In this document: positions 1 through 8,455 of the stretch, piece after piece | Position numbering within the stretch: the stretch's first letter is position 1 | Layout of the letters: the number at the start of each line of letters is the position of its first letter | NCBI GenBank assembly: GCA_964550525.1 | Contig: CAZJZJ010000002.1 | Span: 15,618 to 47,617 of the forward strand | Reading direction: 5' to 3' | Length of the DNA: 32,000 nt | From: an uncultured Methanosarcinales archaeon | GTDB lineage: Archaea > Nanobdellota > Nanobdellia > Woesearchaeales > JANQNQ01 | Program-made: the position numbers and the translations under genes | The notes under the pieces: generated by a model | The model's input: only the letters and a program-made list of their open reading frames with translations | What the model was told of the DNA's origin: nothing | The model's database searches: none

Positions 1-1
1 A

Positions 2-1000
2 GAGACTGAAGATATCTTTTCTAAGCTTGCAGTTGAGCCTGTACTAAGAACTTATCTATTGTCATTGATTGCAACTGGTTTTGTAAGAACAAAGAAACAA
101 ATCCTTGACTTCTTTTCAAAAACATTCTGGGCTTTCCAGTTCGCAGACATGTTTGCATTGGAAGCTAAAATCAATAAAATGCTGAGACTATTAGTGGAGT
201 TTGAATTCATCACCTCAACTCAAGAAGATGATTTTGTTTCAGCAGATGAGGTTAGAAACGAAACCTACAAAGCAACCCTGCTTGGACAAAGAGTAGCACA
301 ACTCTATATTGACCCATTGACAGCATTTAACTTAATCCAAGGCATAAGAAAAGCAACCTCAATAAAAAAACTAAAAGAGGTTTCTTTCCTGCAACTTATT
401 TCACATACAAACGAGATGCGGCCTTTGCTTAGGGTTAAAACTTCTGAATATGATACAATCTCAGAGGAACTTGTAAAACATTATGATTATCTTCTTGAAA
501 ACGAGCCTTCTATCTACGAACCAGAATATGAAGATTATGTTGCATCCTTTAAAACAGCTTTATTCCTAAGAGATTGGGTTAATGAGGATGATGAAGAAAC
601 ATTGCTTGAAAACTACAGTATCCGGCCAGGTGAGATAAGAGTAAAGCTTGATCTAGCAGATTGGTTGTTGTACGCTTGTGAAGAAATGACTAGAATCCTC
701 AATTTTAAGCCAATACTAAAAGAACTTTCTAAGCTGCGTTATAGAATCAAGTATGGTGTGAAAGAAGAGCTTCTTACTTTATTGAAACTAAAAAATATAG
801 GAAGGGTAAGAGCAAGACGGCTTTACAAAAACAAGATAAAAACACTAGCTGATGTAAAAAAAGTAGATGCCTCTGCACTTGCTCAGATACTTGGCAAGAA
901 TATAGCCCTAGATGTAAAAAAACAAGTAGGCCAAGACATAAGCAAACTAAAAGTAAAAGAAAGGAAAAGAAAAGGGCAGATTAGTTTGAAGGACTTTTAA
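2..1000 (+). CDS. Hel308/Ski2-type DNA helicase, C-terminal portion (5' end lies outside the window)
   Basis: The frame is open from nt 2 (ETEDIFSKLAVEPVLRTYLLSLIATGF...), so the track's TTG at 59 is internal. The tail has a helix-hairpin-helix-like segment (LKLKNIGRVRARRLYKNKIKTLADV), as in archaeal Hel308 domain 5. Family assigned from recall. Confidence 0.7.
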   Translation, partial: ETEDIFSKLAVEPVLRTYLLSLIATGFVRTKKQILDFFSKTFWAFQFADMFALEAKINKMLRLLVEFEFITSTQEDDFVSADEVRNETYKATLLGQRVAQLYIDPLTAFNLIQGIRKATSIKKLKEVSFLQLISHTNEMRPLLRVKTSEYDTISEELVKHYDYLLENEPSIYEPEYEDYVASFKTALFLRDWVNEDDEETLLENYSIRPGEIRVKLDLADWLLYACEEMTRILNFKPILKELSKLRYRIKYGVKEELLTLLKLKNIGRVRARRLYKNKIKTLADVKKVDASALAQILGKNIALDVKKQVGQDISKLKVKERKRKGQISLKDF

Positions 1001-1095
1001 CATATTCTAAAATTCCATACCTACATTGTAAGTAAAAAACAATAAACTTTTTATACACTAAACGCGTACATGAAAAAAAGCAAACTGGGTGGCTT

Positions 1096-2547
1096 ATGCG
1101 TATAAAAACAGGTTTAACATTTGATGATGTACTTCTATTGCCTAGAAAGTCTGATGTTCTTCCTTCTGAAGTGGATTTGAAAGCAAGACTTACAAATAAG
1201 ATCAACATCAATATTCCTTTAGTGAGTGCAGCTATGGATACAGTTACAGAGGCTGACCTGGCAATAGCAATTGCAAAGGAAGGCGGCATTGGTATTATCC
1301 ATAAAAACATGCCAATAGAAGAGCAGGTTGATGAAGTTGTAACAGTGAAAAGAGCTGCAAGCTGGATTATTAAGGATCCTATAACACTTTCTCCTGAAGA
1401 TAGGATAAGTACAGCAAATGATATAATGCAAGAGATGAATATTGCAAGTTTCCCTGTTGTTGAGAATGGTAAGGTTGTTGGTATACTTACTGGTCGTGAT
1501 CTAAGGTTTAAGAAGGATTATAACCTTAAAATCAAGGAAGTTATGACAAAGAAGGTTATAACAGCTCCTATGAACATAACTGTAGAAAAAGCTATCTCTC
1601 TTCTTGACAAAAACAGGATAGAAAAACTGCCTGTAGTTGATAGTCAAGGTAATCTAAAAGGCCTTATCACTATGAAGGATATTGAACGTACCTGGGAATA
1701 CCCTTTAACTTGTAAGGATGAAGTAGGTCATCTAAGGGTTGGTGGAGCAATAGGTCCATTTGGCATAAAAAGAGCAGGCGCATTGATCAAAGCAGGTGTT
1801 GATGTTCTCGTAGTAGATACAGCTCACGGGCATTCTATGAATGTTATAACAACTGTAAAACAGCTTAAAAAGAAATTCAATATCCCTGTTATAGCTGGGA
1901 ACGTTGCTACTGCTGTTGGCACTGAAAGCCTTATCTCAGCAGGCGCAGATGCTGTTAAGGTTGGTATAGGACCAGGCGCAATTTGTACTACTAGAGTAAT
2001 CAGCGGGGTTGGAGTTCCTCAAATTACTGCAATCCAGGAATGCGCTGAGGTTGGAGATAAACATAAGATCCCTATAATCGCAGACGGAGGTATTAAGTAT
2101 TCAGGTGATATTGCTAAAGCTATAGCAGCAGGCGCTTCAACAGTTATGGTTGGTTCTTTAATGGCAGGTACAAAGGAATCTCCTGGCAGAGATGTTTATA
2201 TCCGAGGCAGAAAGTTTAAACGTTACAGAGGTATGGGAAGTATCGGTGCAATGGCTGAAGGCTCTAAAGACAGGTATATGCAGAAGTATGTTACTGATAA
2301 TAAAAAACTAGTTCCAGAAGGTATAGAAGGTATAGTTCCTTACCGTGGCACAGTCTCAGAGGTTATATACCAACTTATTGGCGGGTTAAGGTCTTCTATG
2401 GGTTATTGCGGTGTACATAAAATAGCAGAGATGAGAAAGAAAGCTAAGTTCATAAAAATAACCTCAGCTGGATTAAAAGAAAGCCACCCTCATGATATTA
2501 CTATCACAGAAGAAGCTCCTAATTATTCTATGAATTGGGGATGGTAA
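1096..2547 (+). CDS. guaB: IMP dehydrogenase with inserted CBS pair
   Basis: Length is 483 aa. Motifs: GGIGIIHKN, a CBS region (aa ~95-205), catalytic Cys loop [30 protein letters not shown] lies upstream of the ATG. Confidence 0.95.
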   Translation: MRIKTGLTFDDVLLLPRKSDVLPSEVDLKARLTNKININIPLVSAAMDTVTEADLAIAIAKEGGIGIIHKNMPIEEQVDEVVTVKRAASWIIKDPITLSPEDRISTANDIMQEMNIASFPVVENGKVVGILTGRDLRFKKDYNLKIKEVMTKKVITAPMNITVEKAISLLDKNRIEKLPVVDSQGNLKGLITMKDIERTWEYPLTCKDEVGHLRVGGAIGPFGIKRAGALIKAGVDVLVVDTAHGHSMNVITTVKQLKKKFNIPVIAGNVATAVGTESLISAGADAVKVGIGPGAICTTRVISGVGVPQITAIQECAEVGDKHKIPIIADGGIKYSGDIAKAIAAGASTVMVGSLMAGTKESPGRDVYIRGRKFKRYRGMGSIGAMAEGSKDRYMQKYVTDNKKLVPEGIEGIVPYRGTVSEVIYQLIGGLRSSMGYCGVHKIAEMRKKAKFIKITSAGLKESHPHDITITEEAPNYSMNWGW

Positions 2548-2568
2548 ACTATATAAAGGAAAGCCTAA

Positions 2569-3846
<1,278 letters not shown>

Positions 3847-3874
3847 AAAATAAAGGAAAATAAAAAAGAAAAAA

Positions 3875-4873
3875 TTAACCAGCGAACTTTCTTCGTTGTC
3901 TAAGGTTTGTAATCCTGCTGATGAAGTTAGGCTTTCTTGGTTCTTTGTTTTCAGGTTCATTCACAAAAACACTCATGTGTAAGACTACTTTGTCAAAAAC
4001 TAATGCGGATCCTGCAAGTTTATTTGACTTGATCCTTACATCTTTTCCTAGTCCTACTCCACTATAACTTTCAAGATCGCTTTCTTCAATCTCACTAATG
4101 AAGTCTTCAATCTTTCTCATTGAAGTTTGTGTAAAGTCAGATTCAATGTTATCTAGAGCATCCATTGCATAGCTTACGATCAATTTATCCCAGTTCTTCT
4201 TTAACACATTGTGGTCATTGAAAAATTCCATACCTGCAATCTTGCCGTTAACGGAAACAATAAACCCGTTCTGGCCTTCTACACATCTGAAATGCTCTAG
4301 GTACTTGTTTAGTTCTTTCTCCATGTTTCTGTAAACATCTCCCATAGCACTTGTTCTTGATTGTACTCTGTGCCTAGCTATCTTGTTGCGTATATCTCTC
4401 CAAACCATTCCTTGGTCAGATGCGAAATCGCAATTTGTACTTAAAGACATACTCACACCTCTAGAAAGGTTTTTTCTTAACCTACAGTAGGAATGGTATC
4501 TGCTAGGAGAAAACCCTCTTGATGTGCTATGCCATCTGCCTTGTTCAACACAACTTACTGGAATGACTATTTCACTTTTCTCTTTTACAAGTATGTTTGT
4601 GTTAGCTACCCTGTTTTGTTTAGCTCCTACTAGTTGTTCTCCATCCATTATCAGTACTTTCTTGTCTGATTTGTTGTTTACTCTTATCTTTGGTACAGAG
4701 CCAGATTCACTAATCTCTGTAATCTCTATCAACTTTTGTTTAAGTGCTTCATCTAAAGTAATGTAGTCTACTTTAGGGTACTCTTCAACTTTCAATGGGA
4801 ACACACTCATATTCCTATACCTAGTTACATCACCTATCTTTAATACCTTTAACAAATTCTTTATGGTTCTCAT
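3875..4873 (-). CDS. Uncharacterised protein, DUF6569/ARPP-1-like (assignment from memory)
   Basis: Start moved to the ATG at 4873, 7 nt after GGAGGT. The N-terminal half (YRNMSVFPL..DYITLDEAL..ITEISESGSVPKIRVNNKSDKKVLIMDGEQLVGAKQNRVANTNILV..VIPVSCVEQGRW) matches my recollection of the conserved DUF6569 core. Confidence 0.6.
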   Translation of the reverse strand: MRTIKNLLKVLKIGDVTRYRNMSVFPLKVEEYPKVDYITLDEALKQKLIEITEISESGSVPKIRVNNKSDKKVLIMDGEQLVGAKQNRVANTNILVKEKSEIVIPVSCVEQGRWHSTSRGFSPSRYHSYCRLRKNLSRGVSMSLSTNCDFASDQGMVWRDIRNKIARHRVQSRTSAMGDVYRNMEKELNKYLEHFRCVEGQNGFIVSVNGKIAGMEFFNDHNVLKKNWDKLIVSYAMDALDNIESDFTQTSMRKIEDFISEIEESDLESYSGVGLGKDVRIKSNKLAGSALVFDKVVLHMSVFVNEPENKEPRKPNFISRITNLRQRRKFAG

Positions 4874-4974
4874 TTTACCAACCTCCATGTTTTATATAGC
4901 TCACGCTAGCTTGAACTTAATCTTACCACCAAAATCGTACTACAGAGCTATCGCTATGTACTTTTTATAGTGTT

Positions 4975-5868
4975 TTATCTAGTCTTAATTTTTAGAACCC
5001 TTCTTTGTAGGTTTAGTCCACGGATTAGCTCCTTGTACCTATTTCTGATTGTGACTTCACTGACTCTAGCTATTTTTGCTACATCCCTTTGTGTAACTTT
5101 GTAGCCAGAGATAAAGGCTGCAAGATACATTGAAGCAGCAGCTACTGCTACAGGGTTTTTACCTGTGATTAAACTTTTCTTTTTAGCTTTTTCAATTATG
5201 CCAATTGCTTTTGTTTGTATGTTTGGTTTAAGTTTAAGCTTATATCTTATCCTACCAAGATGATCTATAGGGTCGTCTGGTATAATCTTTAGCTTAAGCT
5301 TTCTTATTAAAAATTTGTATGATTTAGCTATATCATTTGCACCTATCTCAGTTACCTTTTCAATATAGCCTAAAGGTCTTGGTGTCTGGTTAAGTTTACA
5401 TGCTGCATATAATGAAGCAGCTATAATCTCTTTAGCTGATCTTCCTTTAAGTATGCTTGCTTGAGTAGCCATCTTGTAGATGCGTGCAGCCTCTTTCTCA
5501 ATGAATGGCACTACTTTCATCTTAGCAGCTAGCCTCTTAAGATTCTTCATATTCCTAGCAAAATTACGTTCAGTTGAAGTAAGTACGTAAGGTTGCCTTT
5601 TTATTACTTTAATCATCTTATACCTATAAGGTTCAGGCAATCTTTTTAAATCTTGCCACCCAATGAATGTGCCTGCTTCAGTAGTCCTGAATACTGAGCT
5701 AGGTACATTGAACCTGCTTCTCATAAGCTGATCCTTGTTTCTACTATATTTTGGGGTCTCATTCATATCAAATGAATATTCTTCAATAACCAAACCACAT
5801 TTTCTACATATAATCTCCCCTATATGGCTGTTGTATAAAACATTCTTACTTCCACATGTTGAGCACAT
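4975..5868 (-). CDS. tfb: Transcription initiation factor IIB (TFB)
   Basis: N-terminal Zn ribbon (CSTCGS...CRKCG), two cyclin-like repeats (IAASLYAACK, VAAASMYLAA), C-terminal TQRDVAKIARVSEVTIRNRYKEL. Start set at the ATG giving MCSTCGS. TATA-like TTTTATTTAAA at about 5903-5913 suggests a short or no leader. Confidence 0.9.
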   Translation of the reverse strand: MCSTCGSKNVLYNSHIGEIICRKCGLVIEEYSFDMNETPKYSRNKDQLMRSRFNVPSSVFRTTEAGTFIGWQDLKRLPEPYRYKMIKVIKRQPYVLTSTERNFARNMKNLKRLAAKMKVVPFIEKEAARIYKMATQASILKGRSAKEIIAASLYAACKLNQTPRPLGYIEKVTEIGANDIAKSYKFLIRKLKLKIIPDDPIDHLGRIRYKLKLKPNIQTKAIGIIEKAKKKSLITGKNPVAVAAASMYLAAFISGYKVTQRDVAKIARVSEVTIRNRYKELIRGLNLQRRVLKIKTR

Positions 5869-6050
5869 TATTATGGGTACGACTACAATCACCTCCAATG
5901 TTTAAATAAAAACACCTATTTTACATAAACAAAATACTCAGAAATCACTATGCCTAGAATTACTTGTTTTCCCACACTAGTATAAAGGCATTTATCCTTT
6001 ATAAACCTTTCTCTACTATTTAAGGCTTTTGGTGGTTCTCGTCGAGACTT

Positions 6051-6374
6051 CTACTCTTCCTTTGCTTGTAATGCTCTTTCTTTCTTGATAAGATGAGCAC
6101 TGTCAGCTATGTAGATTAGCCTGAAAACAATTAAACCAATAAATGTCCAGTCAAGCAGTATCTCTAGTAGTAGGTATATCTTAAACCTTAGTGCTCTACC
6201 CATGTAAAGATAGACAAAAGGTCCAAAGAATACTGAGATTAAAAACGCTGTTAACATTGATTTCTCTCTTTTCTTTAACCACTTTAATATAGCCCATCCA
6301 ACTAACAATAGTCCAGCAACTACAGCCAGGAAAATCCACATATACTCTTTACTAACATATAAACTAAATGCCAT
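6051..6374 (-). CDS. Small integral membrane protein (3 predicted TM segments)
   Basis: Strong AAGGTGAT SD directly upstream, hydrophobic segments, 6-nt gap to the upstream gene. Confidence 0.6.
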   Translation of the reverse strand: MAFSLYVSKEYMWIFLAVVAGLLLVGWAILKWLKKREKSMLTAFLISVFFGPFVYLYMGRALRFKIYLLLEILLDWTFIGLIVFRLIYIADSAHLIKKERALQAKEE

Positions 6375-6380
6375 ATTTAA

Positions 6381-6953
6381 TCACCTTTTTATTTTTTTAT
6401 AAGCAACAAAAATAACAATCAACATTTCAATTAAGATTACTAAAGGTCTCCAGATCCTATGCAAGTCTCCAAAATAGCGTGCAGTTCCAAAGAACAATGC
6501 GAACAAACCGCCTAACATAAATCCTGTTCCAATCCACTCATTCAATGTATCCTTATTTTTTGGCAGATAGATTCCTAGGGCAACTGCGATTGCACCTAAA
6601 ATAGAGGCAACTACAAAAACAACAAATCCGTGCTGCTGAGAAGCAAGATCAAATTCGTTCTGACACGTTTCACATAAGTATTCAGTTGCACAATTATTCT
6701 CATCATACTTATACCTGATAAAGCCATCTTTCTCTTTACAAGCCTGTTTATCATCCTCAGTAGGGCTAATTGTAGCACATTCTGTATCCTTCTCAGGAGC
6801 TTGAACAGGGTAAGGCCTTGCTTCATACTTCTCAAAATCACAATAATCATCATAATCTGGAGAAGGATAAATCGCTTCTATAGAAGTAAACACAAATATC
6901 GAAAACAAAACACCTATCACAAAGATAATCGCAATCTTACGCAAGTCAAACAT
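6381..6953 (-). CDS. Membrane protein with Cys-rich acidic ectodomain
   Basis: Start moved to the ATG at 6953, 6 nt after GAGGTG. It has an N-terminal TM segment, a Cys-rich loop (7 Cys; YCDF..ECAT..QACKEK..NCATEYLCETC) and C-terminal TM segments. The track's longer ORF runs into the non-coding island. Confidence 0.6.
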   Translation of the reverse strand: MFDLRKIAIIFVIGVLFSIFVFTSIEAIYPSPDYDDYCDFEKYEARPYPVQAPEKDTECATISPTEDDKQACKEKDGFIRYKYDENNCATEYLCETCQNEFDLASQQHGFVVFVVASILGAIAVALGIYLPKNKDTLNEWIGTGFMLGGLFALFFGTARYFGDLHRIWRPLVILIEMLIVIFVAYKKIKR

Positions 6954-7007
6954 GGACACCACCTCTGAAAGAAATATGGCAATGGTGTTTAAAAATATTG
7001 CCTTTTT

Positions 7008-7215
7008 TAGAGCCACTGGACAAACCACCCTGTCCAGTGGCTAGAGCTCTCCTGCTGCCAGTTTTTAGCTGTTTCAGCCCTTTCAGCAGAGCCACTGGAC
7101 ACTGGACACGCGTGCGCGTGAGGTATTTAAAGGAAAGGATCTATTTAATTTATTGTGATGTTCAGCTTGGAAGACTGGCAGGGAGCGCATCTCCTCCTTC
7201 CCTCTGTTTCCCTGC
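7008..7215 (+). other. G+C-rich repeat- and helix-rich intergenic island (candidate structured RNA/leader or protein-binding site cluster)
   Basis: About 58% G+C over 7011-7120 by hand count, in an AT-rich background. The 14-mer AGAGCCACTGGACA occurs at 7008-7021 and 7087-7100, with an inverted copy at 7030-7041. Arms 7045-7070 and 7162-7187 pair over 23 bp. An 8-bp alternative helix pairs 7176-7183 with 7208-7215. Two G-U pairs favour the + strand. Confidence 0.4.
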
Positions 7216-7256
7216 CTACTCTTTCTGAACAACTGAATGTTCAAAGAGGTGAAACA

Positions 7257-7376
7257 TATGGAAAAAATGGATGTAAACAAGATCAGCGATTTATTCTTTA
7301 AACAAATCCGTAACCTTAGTGTTAAGACTTACAAAGAGGACTTATTTGATTACCAATTTAGTGATTTATGGTTATA
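7257..7376 (+). CDS. Hypothetical 39-aa protein (below the ORF-track cutoff)
   Basis: ATG lies 6 nt after GAGGTG (7245-7250). Hand translation: MEKMDVNKISDLFFKQIRNLSVKTYKEDLFDYQFSDLWL. The next SD starts immediately after its stop. Confidence 0.4.
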
Positions 7377-7394
7377 AATCTGGAGGTGAGTAGG

Positions 7395-7589
7395 ATGAAA
7401 AAAGAGGACCTAAGAAAACTAAAGTTAAGGTTGGGTCTTGAAGAAGACAGATACCCTGTTTTCTCTTTAGACCAGGAATTTGAAGAAGAAAAGGACATAT
7501 ATTCTGAGCAGGGCGCAAACAGTTGTTGTGAAGACGATCAGATCAATCCTGCAGAAGAGGGGTTTATGAAAGGTTATCTTGCTGCATAG
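7395..7589 (+). CDS. Hypothetical small acidic protein (64 aa)
   Basis: An internal ATG is preceded by GGAGGTGA. The track's start at 7368 has no SD. Confidence 0.5.
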   Translation: MKKEDLRKLKLRLGLEEDRYPVFSLDQEFEEEKDIYSEQGANSCCEDDQINPAEEGFMKGYLAA

Positions 7590-7690
7590 CTCCAACCAGG
7601 AAAAACTTCCCACTGATACTTCCTTCCCCAGGAATTTAGACTGAATGGGGATTGAAATAAAAAGCGAATAGCAAAAAGGAGGTGTTGTAT

Positions 7691-7960
7691 ATGGAAGATA
7701 CAACTACAGGTGTGAATACACCTGAAAAAAGGTTTAGTACAGGCGTTATTAACGCCACAATTTGGAAGAACAAGGCCATAGACAAAGATGGCAAAAATGT
7801 AGAGTACAGAACTGTTTCTTTTGAGAGACGTTACGCCTCTAAAACAGGCGACTGGAAAACCACGAGTTCTTTAAGAGTCCAGGACTTGCCTATGGCAGCT
7901 CTAGTTCTAAGAGAAGCATTTAGGTATATAGCTTTGAAACAGAAACGAGTTGCTGGGTAA
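7691..7960 (+). CDS. Hypothetical 89-aa protein (beta-rich core plus C-terminal helix; possibly nucleic-acid binding)
   Basis: ATG lies 6 nt after AGGAGGTG (7677-7684). The pattern GVINATIWKNK..EYRTVSFERRY..GDWKTTSSLRVQDLPMAALVLREAFRYI looks like a small sheet-plus-helix fold. Function is only a guess. Confidence 0.55.
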   Translation: MEDTTTGVNTPEKRFSTGVINATIWKNKAIDKDGKNVEYRTVSFERRYASKTGDWKTTSSLRVQDLPMAALVLREAFRYIALKQKRVAG

Positions 7961-7971
7961 AAAAAGAAAAC

Positions 7972-8004
7972 GTGGCAGAGCCACGCACAGGATTGACCCT
8001 CCTG
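7972..8004 (+). repeat. Partial copy of the 5' half (D-arm start plus whole anticodon hairpin) of the downstream tRNA
   Basis: GTGGCAGAG (7972-7980) equals 8050-8058. GCACAGGATTGACCCTCCTG (7985-8004) matches 8068-8087 with one mismatch. The D-loop is replaced by CCAC, and there is no acceptor or T arm. Confidence 0.7.
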
Positions 8005-8043
8005 AAGTAATGGGAGTGAAACAACTATTTAAATTTTTTGTAT

Positions 8044-8156
8044 GCCGCGGTGGCAGAGTCTGGCAATGCGCAGGATTGACCCTCCTGTGCCCTTCGGGGC
8101 TCCTGGGTTCAAACCTAGTAACAGTACTCTCGCGGGTGAGATTCCCAGCCGCGGCG
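8044..8156 (+). tRNA. Intron-containing tRNA with long variable arm (class-II/Ser-like shape, G73) and anticodon loop UUGACCC (nominal anticodon GAC)
   Basis: Acceptor GCCGCGG/CCGCGGC. D arm GCAG-AGTCTGGCA-ATGC with G18G19. Anticodon stem CAGGA/TCCTG. Variable arm GCCC-UUCG-GGGC. T stem CTGGG (8103-8107) plus loop TTCAAAC, whose perfect partner CCCAG is only at 8144-8148. That implies a 29-nt insert (8115-8143). No encoded CCA. Confidence 0.65.
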
Positions 8157-8159
8157 ACA

Positions 8160-8164
8160 TTTTT
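8160..8164 (+). terminator. Oligo-T tract after the tRNA
   Basis: TTTTT lies 4 nt after the discriminator base. Archaeal Pol terminators are oligo-T runs. Confidence 0.4.
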
Positions 8165-8217
8165 ACCTATCTTAATAGAAAAAAAGAAGAAACACCAAGA
8201 ACCAGAAAAGTCCACAA

Positions 8218-8366
8218 TACCACCCCGTATTGTACTCTTGCTGGTGTTTGGTGCTTCAATTATATAAAGTTTACGTTCAAGAAAAAGAAGATACACTAAG
8301 TGCTCAAGAAAACAACTACCACCCATAGTTTGTTCTATTGGGTGCTTAGTGCTTCAATTATATAAA
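8218..8366 (+). repeat. Tandem duplication (about 99-nt period) of a ~50-nt module ending in a TATA-like box
   Basis: The module is TACCACCC...GTGCTTCAATTATATAAA at 8218-8268 and 8317-8366. The last 18 nt are identical (8251-8268 = 8349-8366) and the upstream part is imperfect. Confidence 0.6.
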
Positions 8367-8395
8367 CTTTTTGGATTTCCAGAAAGTTTATGCTT

Positions 8396-8415
8396 AGAGA
8401 ACGCTGGCGTTCTCT
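8396..8415. repeat. Perfect 9-bp-arm palindrome AGAGAACGC-TG-GCGTTCTCT
   Basis: Read directly from the sequence. It lies about 30 nt downstream of the second TATA-like box. Confidence 0.6.
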
Positions 8416-8445
8416 CTTGTATAAACTTTTCGCTAAACAGCAAAA

Positions 8446-8455
8446 CTTATATAAT
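8446..8455 (+). promoter_or_regulatory. TATA-like box (CTTATATAAT) about 28 nt upstream of ATG 8479 (a leaderless mRNA is plausible)
   Basis: The spacing fits the archaeal TATA-to-TSS distance, and there is no SD before the ATG at 8479. Confidence 0.3.

Noticed and set aside
6954-7028. Upstream extension of the membrane-protein ORF 6381..7028, and likewise 21324..21449 for ORF 21099..21449
   Set aside because: Internal ATGs at 6953 and 21323 are each preceded by a strong SD (GAGGTG, AGGTGAT). The extensions have none and run into promoter or non-coding sequence.
7153-7235. Possible box C/D sRNA (GTGATGT at ~7154, CTGA at 7223 and 7232)
   Set aside because: The C box is imperfect, there is no C'/D' pair, and the terminal stem is not evident.
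6998-7280. Track ORFs 6998..7228 (+) and 7083..7280 (-) inside the G+C-rich island
   Set aside because: They have no SD. Their Pro/Ser/Arg/Cys-rich translations are typical of reading through G+C-rich non-coding sequence. They overlap each other and the repeat/helix structure. I treat this region as non-coding.
7640-7660. CRISPR-repeat-like end motif (GGGGATTGAAAT), with a loosely similar GGGAGTGAAAC at 8012-8022
   Set aside because: There are only two loosely similar copies, about 365 nt apart. There is no regular repeat-spacer periodicity and no cas genes, so this is not an array.
7907-8326. Track ORFs 7907..8326 (-), 7950..8267 (+) and 8042..8299 (+)
   Set aside because: All three run straight through the tRNA gene and its partial copy. 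They lack SD sites, and their open frames are explained by the local G+C richness of the RNA gene.
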